A stretch of 64,000 nt of DNA from Synechococcus sp. (GTDB lineage: Bacteria > Cyanobacteriota > Cyanobacteriia > PCC-6307 > Cyanobiaceae), in contig JBJBEO010000001.1 in assembly GCA_047284725.1 (NCBI GenBank), positions 704,001-768,000 of the forward strand. The letters run 5' to 3'. A model generated the notes under the pieces. It was not told the origin of the DNA, did not search any database, and saw nothing but the letters and a program-made list of their open reading frames with translations. Shown here piece after piece: positions 30,454-40,603 of the stretch; the stretch's first letter is position 1; every line of letters begins with the position of its first letter. Made by a program: the position numbers and the translations under genes.

Positions 30454-30646
30454 ACGCAGGCTGCTTTTGAGTTCATCGGCTTCGTCGATGCTATGGAGCT
30501 TTGGTTCGCAGCGACACAACATCGTTGCGAGCTTTTGATGTGTGTTCATGCTTGATGTTGCTTCTGAGTTTTGCCCTTTTGGGATCATTGCGCATGGCCA
30601 TACTTTTGATGCATGTCTAGCTTTTAAATAACAGCGATTCTGGTGA

Positions 30647-32212
30647 ATGGTGACCACAGCATGGGTGAAGGGAGCGTCTAAGGGATTGTCTCTCTTGGCT
30701 CTTTCCGGGGTTTTGTTGGGGCTGCCATTACGGGCGCAAACGGCCGGGGGTGCTGTTCCCCGGGGGTACACCACGCCGATCCCGGAAGAGCTGTTAACGC
30801 CCGACCAGGTGAACACCAGTGTGGGAACGTTCCGTTTTTTCGATGGGATGCCGGATGCGGCCACGGTTGACACCAGCTTTGACAATCTCAAGTTCATCCG
30901 TGCTTATGAAACCTTCCTCACGTTGATGCCTGCTGCCAGCATTGAAATGCTGCGTGCTGGTCATGCCCGGATGGGGGCCGATGCCTACAACAAAGTGATG
31001 TTGCTGGCACCACTGAATTCCAATCCGTTGTTTCTCACCGGTAATACTGACACGGTGTATGGCTCGACCTTCTTCAATCTGAAGGAGACCGGTCCGATGG
31101 TGATCGAAATCCCGGCCGGGCTTGGTCCTGGAACCATCAACGATGCCTTTTTCAGGTTTGTGGCTGATACAGGTGCGCCTGGTCCAGACCGTGGCAAGGG
31201 CGGCAAATACCTGATTCTGGGCCCTGATGATGTGGAGCCGGTGAACACCGATGGCTACTTTATGTTCCGCTCTCCAAGTTACTCCAATTGGTTGATTCTG
31301 AGAGCCTTCCTTGATGATGAGGGCCAGCCTGACCAGGCTGTTGCGAATTACGAAGAAGGCCTCAAGCTCTACCCGCTTTCCTTAAAGGACAACCCTCCGC
31401 CAATGACGTTTATTCAGGGAGGGGAGGCAGTTTTTAATACGGTGCATGCCAATAACTTCCATTTTTTTGAAGAGTTAAATATCATGATTCAGAGGGAGCC
31501 GCTCAGCCTACTGGATCCCGAATTGCGAGGGCTTGCCTCGTCAATTGGTCTGGAAAAAGGAAAGCCTTTTGACCCAAGTGCCGAGGATCGCGCACTGCTG
31601 GAGGAGGCCGTGCAGGTGGGTGTTGCTTATGTGCGTTCCGACATGGGCAAACCTCGCAATTCTGATGTTTATTTCTATGAGGGCAAGCAATGGTTCACGC
31701 CGTTTGGTGGTGGCAGCCACGAATGGCTGATTGATGGCGGCAAAGGTGGTCGCAATCTCGACGCCCGCAACAATTTCTTCTGGGGTTACACCGTCAATAC
31801 GCCGGCCATGGTGCTGAAGATGGTCGGCGTTGGCTCCCAATATGGGGTGGTGGCCACGGATGCCAATGGTGCCTATCTCGATGGCAGCAAGACCTACAAA
31901 TTCACGGTTGATGCAGACGTCCCGGCCAAGGATTTCTGGTCGATGGTGGTCTATGACCCACAGACCCGTTCTGAGCTGCAGACGGATCAGCTGCTTCCCA
32001 GTAAGAACAGCAAGCGTAATCAAGACATGGTTGTGAATGCAGACGGCACCATTGATCTGTATTTCGGACCCACAGTCCCGGCCGGTCAGGAAGCGAATTG
32101 GATACAGACAGTTCCAGGTAAGGGCTGGTTCGCAATCTTCCGCCTCTATGGCCCGCTGCAGCCCTGGTTCGACAAAACCTGGCAGCTCAACGACATTCAG
32201 CCTCTTGGTTGA
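30647..32212 (+). CDS. Secreted DUF1254/DUF1214 protein (long type, copy 1)
   Basis: LTGNTDTVY, GPDRGKGGKYL, GSQY, FWSMVVYD, GWFAIFRLYGP. Confidence 0.85.
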   Translation: MVTTAWVKGASKGLSLLALSGVLLGLPLRAQTAGGAVPRGYTTPIPEELLTPDQVNTSVGTFRFFDGMPDAATVDTSFDNLKFIRAYETFLTLMPAASIEMLRAGHARMGADAYNKVMLLAPLNSNPLFLTGNTDTVYGSTFFNLKETGPMVIEIPAGLGPGTINDAFFRFVADTGAPGPDRGKGGKYLILGPDDVEPVNTDGYFMFRSPSYSNWLILRAFLDDEGQPDQAVANYEEGLKLYPLSLKDNPPPMTFIQGGEAVFNTVHANNFHFFEELNIMIQREPLSLLDPELRGLASSIGLEKGKPFDPSAEDRALLEEAVQVGVAYVRSDMGKPRNSDVYFYEGKQWFTPFGGGSHEWLIDGGKGGRNLDARNNFFWGYTVNTPAMVLKMVGVGSQYGVVATDANGAYLDGSKTYKFTVDADVPAKDFWSMVVYDPQTRSELQTDQLLPSKNSKRNQDMVVNADGTIDLYFGPTVPAGQEANWIQTVPGKGWFAIFRLYGPLQPWFDKTWQLNDIQPLG

Positions 32213-32249
32213 GATTTAAATCGCCACTTCCCACTTTTTACGCTCAACT

Positions 32250-33803
32250 ATGACTGTTCTCAAGCACCTCCCCTCGACTGCCCTTTCCGCTTTGTTTTTG
32301 GCATGTAGCGCAACTGCCCTTCATGCTGCCGATGGGAAGCCCAAGGGCTACAACACGCCAATTCCCGTTGATGTGTTGACCCCCGATACTGTTAAAACCC
32401 GAATCGGCACGTTTAAGTATTTCGATGGTTTCCCCGATGATCAAACCATGCGCAAGGCCCGCCGTCAGGTGGATCTTGGGCGTGGTGTGCAGACGTTCCT
32501 GAACTTCATGCCGGCAGCATCCATCGAGATGCTCTACGTCGGCCACCGTGATGGGTACGGCTTGAAGTCGAATCGCGATATCGGCTTGTTTGAGGGGCTG
32601 ATGAGCTCCGAATCGCTTTGGCTCACCGGCAACACCGATACGGTGTATGCCTCAGCGTTTCTCGATCTCAGCGACGGCCCTGTCGTCGTCGAAGTGCCGG
32701 AGGGCACCGGGCCAGGTACTGTCAACGACGCCTTCTTCCGCTTTGTGGTCGACATGGGCGGCCCTGGTCCAGACAAAGGTAAAGGTGGCAAGTATCTGAT
32801 CCTTGGGCCCGGGCACCAAGCACCCGCCAACACCGACGGTTATTTCGTAGCGACCACCCCCAGCAAGATCAACTGGTTGATTCTTCGCGGCTTTCTTAAT
32901 GAGCAAGGCAAGCCCGATACGGCGAAGTCGGCCTTCAAGACTGGTCTCAAGGTGTATCCCTTTGCGCAAAGGGCCAATCCCCCTGCCAACACGTTCACCA
33001 ACCTCACCGGTTCAGACGTGAACACGATCCACGCCAATGACTTCAAGTTCTACGAAGAACTCAATGACGTGATTCAGCGTGAGCCTTCCGCGATGTTCTC
33101 CCCTGAACTCCTCGGTATGGCTTCGGCCATTGGCATTCAAAAAGGCAAGCCTTTCAACCCTTCAAGCGACCAAAAAGCTTTGCTGACCGAGGCCGTTGCC
33201 ATTGGTAATGCCACGGCGCGCTCGATTCTGTTTGCCCCGCAAGATCCCAAGGCGTACATTTATCAGGGCAAAGCGGGCTACTGGCAAACCGGATTCCCCG
33301 GTGGCAATCACGACTATGTCGTCAATGGCGGTCAGGGTGGGCGTGACATGGATGGCCGCACCCTGTTCTTCTACCTCGCCACGGTGAACACGCCGGCGAT
33401 GGTGCTGGAACTGCCTGGCGTGGGTTCCCAGTACGCCTTCACTTCTCGGGACAGTGGCGGTGCCTATCTGGATGGGTCGAAAACCTACAAACTCAACATT
33501 CCCGCCAATCCTCCCGCCCAGCGTTTCTGGTCGTTTGTGGTCTACGACCCGCAAACCCGCTCAATGCTGCAGAGCAAGGAGATGCCTTACCCCAGCAAGA
33601 ACAACAAACGCAATCCGGAGATGGCCAAGAACGCCGACGGCAGCATTGATCTGTACTTCGGTCCGGAACCCCCTGCAGGCAAAAAAGCCAACTGGGTGAA
33701 GACGGTTCCAGGGAAGGGCTGGTTCGGCATCTTCCGTCTTTACGGCCCAGGCCAGGAGTGGTTTGACCGCACCTGGAAGTTGGGATCGATTGAACAACTT
33801 TGA
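32250..33803 (+). CDS. Secreted DUF1254/DUF1214 protein (long type, copy 2)
   Basis: LTGNTDTVY, GPDKGKGGKYL, GSQY, FWSFVVYD, GWFGIFRLYGP. Confidence 0.85.
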   Translation: MTVLKHLPSTALSALFLACSATALHAADGKPKGYNTPIPVDVLTPDTVKTRIGTFKYFDGFPDDQTMRKARRQVDLGRGVQTFLNFMPAASIEMLYVGHRDGYGLKSNRDIGLFEGLMSSESLWLTGNTDTVYASAFLDLSDGPVVVEVPEGTGPGTVNDAFFRFVVDMGGPGPDKGKGGKYLILGPGHQAPANTDGYFVATTPSKINWLILRGFLNEQGKPDTAKSAFKTGLKVYPFAQRANPPANTFTNLTGSDVNTIHANDFKFYEELNDVIQREPSAMFSPELLGMASAIGIQKGKPFNPSSDQKALLTEAVAIGNATARSILFAPQDPKAYIYQGKAGYWQTGFPGGNHDYVVNGGQGGRDMDGRTLFFYLATVNTPAMVLELPGVGSQYAFTSRDSGGAYLDGSKTYKLNIPANPPAQRFWSFVVYDPQTRSMLQSKEMPYPSKNNKRNPEMAKNADGSIDLYFGPEPPAGKKANWVKTVPGKGWFGIFRLYGPGQEWFDRTWKLGSIEQL

Positions 33804-33880
33804 GTCACGGGTTGAGATGGCTCTGCTCTGACGCCATACCCATGACCTGACTCTTTCGTCCTTTTTGCACTGAACTTCTG

Positions 33881-35230
33881 ATGGCTCGATCTGTTGATGT
33901 GGTTGTGATTGGTGGTGGTTTTGCCGGCATCACAGCAGCCCGTGACCTGCAAAAGCGTGGCTACGACGTGCTTGTTCTCGAAGCCCGTGATCGGCTAGGT
34001 GGGCGCACCTGGAGTGAGCATCGCAACGGCTTTCATGTGGAGTTGGGAGGCACCTGGGTGCATTGGACCCAGCCCTTCGTGTGGGCCGAGAAGGAGCGTT
34101 ACGGCCTCGAGGTTCAGGAGACACCAGGCTGTGTCGCCGAGCGGGTGGCGATCAAAATCGACGGTCAGGTTCAGGAGTTGCGGGAATCGCAGCTTGGTGA
34201 ATTTGTGGAGGGTTTTGAGCACTTTTTTGCCGAGTCAAAGGGCGTCTGGGAGCGTCCCTATGACGTGCACCACTGCTGGGATGCGGTGTGTGAACGCGAC
34301 GGCCTGACCGTCGCTGATCGTCTCAACGCCCTCGAGCTCACGCCCTTGCAGCGCACCAGCATCGGTGGATTTCTCGAGATCCTCAGCATGAACCAACCGC
34401 AGAACGCCTCCTACGTGGAGATGATGCGCTGTTGGTCGCTCACCGGTTGGAATTATGAGCTGTTCAATGACACCGCAGCCCGGTACAAGTTCACCCAAGG
34501 CACCGGTGCCTTGGTGGAGGCGATGACCAGCGACGGTGGTTTTGAGGTTTCGCTGAACACATCGGTGCGCGCTGTTCAGCAATCCAGCGATGGCGTCTGC
34601 GTCACCACGGAGTCAGGTGAGCTGGTGATTGCCAAACGTGCGGTGGTGACCGTTCCATTGAACGTGCTGCATAGCGTCGACTTTGATCCGCCCCTCTCCG
34701 AGGTGAAGTTGGAAGCCTCCCGCCTCAAACATGTCGGCGGTGGCTACAAAGTGTTTTTTGAAGTGGAGGGGGACCCCGGCGCGGTGATGACCTTGTCGCG
34801 ATCCACCGATTCACCGCTGATCGGCAGCTTCACCTACAAACGTGGTGAACAGCACTCCGTGCTGGCCGGTTTCAGTCTGGAACCCGGAGCTCTGGACAAG
34901 TCGGTGGAGGAGTGGCAAGTGGTGCTGGGGGAATTCATTCCCGGCGTGAAGTTGCTGTCCACCTTCGGACATGACTGGGGTGCAGACGATCTCTCCCGGG
35001 GGAGCTGGGCCACCTATCGGCCTGGAACCGTGGCTTGCTTCAGCGATGAACTGCCGCGTCAGGAAGGCCATGTTTTCTTTGCATCCGGAGACCATGCCCA
35101 GGGCTGGCGCGGATTCATCGAAGGAGCCATTGCCAGTGGCTCCCGCACGGCTGTAACTGTGGCCGACAGCCTGATCTCTCAGACTGCCAGCACACCGGTG
35201 GCGTCAGTCAAACAGCCAGCGCAGGCCTAA
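33881..35230 (+). CDS. Flavin monoamine oxidase family protein
   Basis: DVVVIGGGFAG, LEARDRLGGR, ELGGTW, GWRGFIEGAIASG. Confidence 0.9.
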   Translation: MARSVDVVVIGGGFAGITAARDLQKRGYDVLVLEARDRLGGRTWSEHRNGFHVELGGTWVHWTQPFVWAEKERYGLEVQETPGCVAERVAIKIDGQVQELRESQLGEFVEGFEHFFAESKGVWERPYDVHHCWDAVCERDGLTVADRLNALELTPLQRTSIGGFLEILSMNQPQNASYVEMMRCWSLTGWNYELFNDTAARYKFTQGTGALVEAMTSDGGFEVSLNTSVRAVQQSSDGVCVTTESGELVIAKRAVVTVPLNVLHSVDFDPPLSEVKLEASRLKHVGGGYKVFFEVEGDPGAVMTLSRSTDSPLIGSFTYKRGEQHSVLAGFSLEPGALDKSVEEWQVVLGEFIPGVKLLSTFGHDWGADDLSRGSWATYRPGTVACFSDELPRQEGHVFFASGDHAQGWRGFIEGAIASGSRTAVTVADSLISQTASTPVASVKQPAQA

Positions 35231-36235
35231 GTTCACGCCGCTTTGATCCACGCTGTAGGAGTTCCCACCTCCGCCGGCGTAATCAAGGCCGAAATACTTA
35301 TAGGAGAGGGAGAGCTGAGCCGAGTTGCCCAGGGCGTAGGCAATGCCTGCCTGGGCGGTTCCACTCAGATCCCGCTCTCCGCTCAGACCGAATCCGCCTG
35401 CATCGAGGTAGGCAAAGGCTTGCCAGTCTTCGCTGATGGCGTAGGTGCCAAAGACACCAATCAGTGGTTGAACCCAGGTATTGCCGTAGCTTTCCCCCGA
35501 CGCTCTCTCCAGCTCGCGGGTGAATTCCCTGCTGACGCGTCTCCCGTCAACGGACACCGTGGTATTGCTTTTCACCGTCCAGTTGGTGTGGATGTTGGCA
35601 TCGATGACGCGTGCTCCCATGAGGCCAACGAAGCTGCTGCTTCCCTTCTCCATCCGTGGTTTCTGAATCGCTCCCCCCCGGTAACGGAAGGCCAGATCGA
35701 CGATGGTTTGATTGGCTTCAACATCGAGATCAAGATCACCCTTCACGCGAATGGTGCGCTCACGCAGACCTGCCGGAAGACCGAGTCGATTGCGTAGCGG
35801 GTTGCTGGTTTCCTTGTAAACAGATGCGGACTGGCTGTCGGAAAGACTGCCGTGATAGACCCCGGCCATAAAACCAAGGCGACCGTATTCCACCTGGGCT
35901 TTAAAGGTGAGCGCCTCATCCAGTGTCTCGATCACATCGGAGAGAGGAAGACTTGTCCTTGATGTGTTGCCGTTGATGCTTGTCGTCGTGTAAGTCGTCG
36001 GCACCAGGAACGCATAGAGATCGAGGTACACGCGCCAGGCGTCTTCTTCGTCTGGTGTGGGCTCCAGTTCGATGTCGATCTCTTCGGCCTGACTGAGTAC
36101 GAGTGGAGTCGTGAAATCAGCTTCGCTTCCAACTCCAGATGAAGTGCCGACCTTTGGCTTTGCTGCGACTTCCACACTCAGGCTGCTCAGGCTTGCCAGA
36201 AGTGCCAGGGATAAAGTTCGCATCGCAGCAGACAT
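35204..36235 (-). CDS. Putative outer-membrane beta-barrel protein
   Basis: Signal peptide, alternating amphipathic strands, C-terminal GVNLGLRWLFD aromatic signature; start 36235 or 36223. Confidence 0.65.
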   Translation of the reverse strand: MSAAMRTLSLALLASLSSLSVEVAAKPKVGTSSGVGSEADFTTPLVLSQAEEIDIELEPTPDEEDAWRVYLDLYAFLVPTTYTTTSINGNTSRTSLPLSDVIETLDEALTFKAQVEYGRLGFMAGVYHGSLSDSQSASVYKETSNPLRNRLGLPAGLRERTIRVKGDLDLDVEANQTIVDLAFRYRGGAIQKPRMEKGSSSFVGLMGARVIDANIHTNWTVKSNTTVSVDGRRVSREFTRELERASGESYGNTWVQPLIGVFGTYAISEDWQAFAYLDAGGFGLSGERDLSGTAQAGIAYALGNSAQLSLSYKYFGLDYAGGGGNSYSVDQSGVNLGLRWLFD

Positions 36236-36563
36236 TGAAGTGTCATCACGGTAGGGATAGCTTTGAACTTCTGCATTGGCGTTTGGTCCCATCCGTGCGA
36301 AGTTGTCGTTGACAGAACTTGTTCACTTGGCAGCCATTCGACAGCCAATCCCTGCGTCGTTCGTGTGTTTGACGTTTGTGCAACGACTGGTGTTCTCTGT
36401 TGTGATATTGCAGCGTGGATCGCTCGCTTTTGTTTCTTGATGTTTTGTTTCTGGTCTTGAGTGTTCAGATTTGCCGGGTTGGTGGTTTTTTGTGTTTCAA
36501 GCTTGTGGTGATGAATCAATTTTTGAACCATCAGCGTAAGCTTGTTCGGCTGAAGTTTTTGTA

Positions 36564-37412
36564 ATGACTGATCGGCAAGGGCGCATGGTGCTCGTCCCTG
36601 GAGGTGAGTATCGCGTTGGCTCCGACTCTTTTTATCCAGAGGAGACGCCCGTCCGCTCCATTCAGGTGGATCCTTTTTTGCTTGATGTGGCACCGGTCAC
36701 AAATGCCGATTTTGCTCGCTTTGTTGCTGAGACTGGTTATCTCACAGTGTCTGAAAAGCTTCCGGATCCTGATCTATATCCCAACCTGCCACAGGAGGAG
36801 CAATGCCCGGAATCCGCGGTGTTCATTCCTCCTCCGATCAGTGTGGATCGCAGTCAACCTCTTTCTTGGTGGGCATTGGTTGAAGGTGCGGATTGGCGTC
36901 ACCCGCAGGGGCCTGCGACTGATATCAAGAACCTCCAGGACCACCCCGTGGTGCATCTTGCCTACGAGGATGCCGTGGCCTATGCCCAGTGGGCGGGGAA
37001 ACGCCTGCCAACCGCGGATGAATGGGAAGTGGCGGCACGTGGTGGTTTGGTCGAGCAGGACTATGCCTGGGGCTCTGAAATGACCCCAGGTGGCCAGTGG
37101 TTGGCCAATGTCTGGCAAGGGCCCTTCCCCTGGATCAATGAGCAGAGCGATGGCTGGTTCTGGACGTCGCCTGTCGGCAGCTTCCCGGCCAATGGCTACG
37201 GCTTGGTCGACATGTGTGGCAACGTCTGGGAATGGACGTCGACGTTGTTTCCAGTCCCCAAAGGTGAACAGGAACGACGGATCATCAAGGGTGGGTCGTT
37301 TCTGTGTGCGGAAAATTACTGCCACCGGTTCCGCCCGGCTGCACTGATGGGCCAGACGACGGACACTGCCACCTGTCACATGGGCTTTCGCTGCGCATCG
37401 GATTCATTGTGA
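36564..37412 (+). CDS. Formylglycine-generating enzyme (SUMF1/FGE)
   Basis: RLPTADEWE.AARGG, DMCGNVWEW, KGGSFLCAENYC.RFRPAA, GFRC. Confidence 0.92.
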   Translation: MTDRQGRMVLVPGGEYRVGSDSFYPEETPVRSIQVDPFLLDVAPVTNADFARFVAETGYLTVSEKLPDPDLYPNLPQEEQCPESAVFIPPPISVDRSQPLSWWALVEGADWRHPQGPATDIKNLQDHPVVHLAYEDAVAYAQWAGKRLPTADEWEVAARGGLVEQDYAWGSEMTPGGQWLANVWQGPFPWINEQSDGWFWTSPVGSFPANGYGLVDMCGNVWEWTSTLFPVPKGEQERRIIKGGSFLCAENYCHRFRPAALMGQTTDTATCHMGFRCASDSL

Positions 37413-37772
37413 GCGCTGTTGCCGTTGATCGATGATCATCAACACGCCCAGAACAAGGTGGAGGCAAGCGGCCGCCCACACCACCAGGCCCCCAGAGATC
37501 GCCTTGGTGATCAGAGCGAACAGGAGCACAGACGCAAAACTGTTGTAGATCGCCAGTCCTCGTTGCGCGGATCGCGGGCAGGGTTTGCTTGTGCAAGACA
37601 CCCCGAGTCCAAGGAGGGCCAGCCCATAGAGCTGAGCCAAGGGACGCTCTGCTCCACTGACATCAGTTTGAAACAGCAGTTGGATCATCAGCCCCGGTAA
37701 GCACAGCAGCGTGATGCCGGTGATCAGCTCAACAGCAGCGGCGATGCGATATAGACGGCGTCGAGGGAGCAT
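37404..37772 (-). CDS. Hypothetical 4-TM membrane protein
   Basis: Four hydrophobic segments; fills the gap between FGE and the sulfatase. Confidence 0.6.
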   Translation of the reverse strand: MLPRRRLYRIAAAVELITGITLLCLPGLMIQLLFQTDVSGAERPLAQLYGLALLGLGVSCTSKPCPRSAQRGLAIYNSFASVLLFALITKAISGGLVVWAAACLHLVLGVLMIIDQRQQRSQ

Positions 37773-37931
37773 GGCTGGTCGACCTGTTGTGGTTGCTCGT
37801 TGTTTAGCGACAGAAAAACGTTTGGATTGATCCCAATGGTGCACGGTTGGTTGATGTTGTCACTCATAACGTCAACCCCTGGCTAACGAAGAGGAAGTTC
37901 CAAGGCCTCGTTGCCTCATCAAGGTCACGCC

Positions 37932-40352
37932 ATGTCTGATCCGATTAAGTTGCCTCGCTTGCTTCGCCGCCTGGCCGTGGGTAGCGGTTTGTTGCTGGCG
38001 ACCAGTGTGTCGATTGCCGGCGTGACCCAAGGCCAAGCACAGGCGCGTGAATTTGATCGGACGAAACTCCCGATTGCGGAACCAAGGCCTGAAAAGGTCA
38101 CCAAGGTGCTTCCTTCCGAGGTTCCGTTGCCCCCACAGTGGGAGGTGACGGCACCAGCCGGTGCCCCCAACGTGGTGATCATCCTTCTCGACGATGTCGG
38201 TTATGCAGCACCCTCCGCCTTTGGTGGGGTGGTGAACATGCCGACGGCGGAAAAGCTCGCCCAGAATGGCCTTCGCTACAACCGGTTTCACACCACTGCT
38301 CTGTGTGCGCCGACACGTGCGGCGTTGAAGTCCGGACGCAACCACCACAAGGTCAACACAGGTTCGATTCCGGAGATTGCCACGGGCTATGCGGGCAACT
38401 CCACGGTGGTTCCGGATTATGCCGTCCCGGTTGCAGAAATCCTCAGACTCAACGGCTACAACACAGCGGCTTTCGGCAAATGGCATGAAACCCCGGGCCG
38501 TGAGACCACGGCAGCTGGTCCCCAGACCCGCTGGCCAACGCGGCAGGGATTCGAGAAGTTCTATGGCTTCGTGGGTGCCGAAGACAACATGTGGGAACCC
38601 ACCATTCACGATGGTGTCACCGTTGTCGATGCACCGCAGAAAGATCGGTATCACTTCACCGAAGATATGACCGACCAGGCGATCGGCTGGGTGCGCCAGC
38701 AGAAGGCCATCAAGCCAGACAAGCCATTTTTCATCTATTACTCCTCAGCCGGTGCACACTCCCCGCATCATGTGGGTCAGGAATGGATTGCCAAATACAG
38801 AGGCAAGTTTGATGAAGGCTGGGATGTTCTGCGGGCACGTAATCTTGAGAATCAGATCAAGGCAGGTGTTGTTCCTCCAGGCACGCAGATGGCGAAGGCA
38901 CCAGATAGTGTGCCGAAATGGGATAGTCTCACGCCTCAACAGCAGCGAATCTATGCCCGTCAGGCAGAAGTTTTTGCTGCTTTTACTGAGCACTCTGATC
39001 ACGAAGCAGGACGTTTGATTCAAGCCATCGATGACCTTGGTGAGCTTGACAACACGTTGGTGATTTATGTCACGGGTGACAATGGTGCCAGTGTTGAAGG
39101 GGATATGAGCGGTCATTGGAACTGGAATCATTTCCTCAACGGTGTTGAAGAAACCCCGGATGAGCAGGAAGCGAAACTGGATGAATGGGGTGGACCGACC
39201 ACTTATCCCATGTATCACCTCGGCTGGGCGATCGCCTTCAATTCACCCTTTGCTCTCTCCAAGCAGGTGGCCGGTGATTTCGGTGGAACGCGCAATGGCA
39301 CGGTGATCCACTGGCCTGAGCGCATCCGGCAGGGTGGTGGCATTCGCACGCAATTTTCGCATGTGAATGATGTGGCTCCCACGATTCTCGAGGCGGCCAG
39401 GCTGCCGATGCCCTCCATGATCAATGGCATCCCGCAGATTCCAATGCAAGGCACCAGCCTTCTCTATACATTCGATAATCCAGGTGCAAAAGAAAGGCAT
39501 AATACGCAGTATTTTGAGATCATTGGCAACCGCGGTATCTATCACAATGGTTGGATGGCGCGGACAACAATCATGTATCCCTGGATGGCGCCGAATCGAA
39601 TGAACTCGGTTGCGGCCGATGATGGTTGGCAGCTCTATGACACGACGGTTGATTTCAGTCTTTCCAATGACCTTGCGGAACAATATCCTGATCGACTTGA
39701 AGCGATGAAGGCGAAGTTCATGGAGGAGGCGATTGAGAATCAGGTGTTGCCCCTGGACGACCGTCTGCTTGAGCGTCTGGTGCCGTCTGTCGCTGGTCGA
39801 CCGACACTGTTAGGTGACCGGACGTCCATGGACTTGTATCCCTATGCCTGGAACATGGTTGAAGACTCGATCATCAATGTGAAGAACGTGTCGAATAGTG
39901 TGACGGCCTATGTTGATGTGAAAGGGGGTGATGAAGATGGTGTGATCTTCTCCCAGGGTGGTCGATTTGGGGGTTGGTCCCTTTACGTTGAAAACAACAA
40001 GCCCTCTTACACTTACAACTACATGGGAGAGCTGTTTACGTTCACGAGTTCTAAGTCATTGCCTGCAGGTCAGTCCGAAATTCGCTTTGAGCTCGACTAT
40101 GACGGCGGTGGTGTTGGAAAGGGTGCTGATGTTCGGATGAAACTGAATGGGGAGGTGGTCGCTGAGGGTCGCTTGGAGAAGACGATTGCCTCACGTTTCT
40201 CCATTGATGAAGGCGCCGATGTCGGTCTTGATCGAGGCTCGGCTGTCACTGTTAAAACCATTGGCCCTCGGCGTTACAGCGCCTATGGAGGTCAGATCAA
40301 CAAGGTGACGATTCAGATCTACCCCAAAGACACGGATGTTGCGCTGAAGTGA
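37932..40352 (+). CDS. Arylsulfatase (Cys-type S1 sulfatase, exported, C-terminal beta-sandwich)
   Basis: PNVVIILLDDVG, CAPTRAALKSGR (CxPxR), GKWH, GDNG; signal peptide. Confidence 0.93.
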   Translation: MSDPIKLPRLLRRLAVGSGLLLATSVSIAGVTQGQAQAREFDRTKLPIAEPRPEKVTKVLPSEVPLPPQWEVTAPAGAPNVVIILLDDVGYAAPSAFGGVVNMPTAEKLAQNGLRYNRFHTTALCAPTRAALKSGRNHHKVNTGSIPEIATGYAGNSTVVPDYAVPVAEILRLNGYNTAAFGKWHETPGRETTAAGPQTRWPTRQGFEKFYGFVGAEDNMWEPTIHDGVTVVDAPQKDRYHFTEDMTDQAIGWVRQQKAIKPDKPFFIYYSSAGAHSPHHVGQEWIAKYRGKFDEGWDVLRARNLENQIKAGVVPPGTQMAKAPDSVPKWDSLTPQQQRIYARQAEVFAAFTEHSDHEAGRLIQAIDDLGELDNTLVIYVTGDNGASVEGDMSGHWNWNHFLNGVEETPDEQEAKLDEWGGPTTYPMYHLGWAIAFNSPFALSKQVAGDFGGTRNGTVIHWPERIRQGGGIRTQFSHVNDVAPTILEAARLPMPSMINGIPQIPMQGTSLLYTFDNPGAKERHNTQYFEIIGNRGIYHNGWMARTTIMYPWMAPNRMNSVAADDGWQLYDTTVDFSLSNDLAEQYPDRLEAMKAKFMEEAIENQVLPLDDRLLERLVPSVAGRPTLLGDRTSMDLYPYAWNMVEDSIINVKNVSNSVTAYVDVKGGDEDGVIFSQGGRFGGWSLYVENNKPSYTYNYMGELFTFTSSKSLPAGQSEIRFELDYDGGGVGKGADVRMKLNGEVVAEGRLEKTIASRFSIDEGADVGLDRGSAVTVKTIGPRRYSAYGGQINKVTIQIYPKDTDVALK

Positions 40353-40379
40353 TCTGACCGATTCCCGCACCAAGCATTC

Positions 40380-40409
40380 AGGTGGCTGCAAGTTGTAGCC
40401 ACCTTTTTT
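40380..40409 (+). terminator. Rho-independent terminator after the arylsulfatase
   Basis: AGGTGGCTGCA-agt-TGTAGCCACCT followed by TTTTT. Confidence 0.75.
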
Positions 40410-40603
40410 GTTGGCGAAGGGAAAGCCCTCATCCGCTGATCACCGTCGCAGCTTCTGCCGTTGGAGAGCTTGTCCAAGAACGGTCTGGCTGGTCTCAGTC
40501 TTGAGTTCTGACTGCAAACCTGTACAGCCGGAAGGTTCTGGTGCTGGGCTTCTCGGGGATTCGAGGACTTGTTTTCCGCTCTAGTTTTGTTTCTTCAACG
40601 GAG

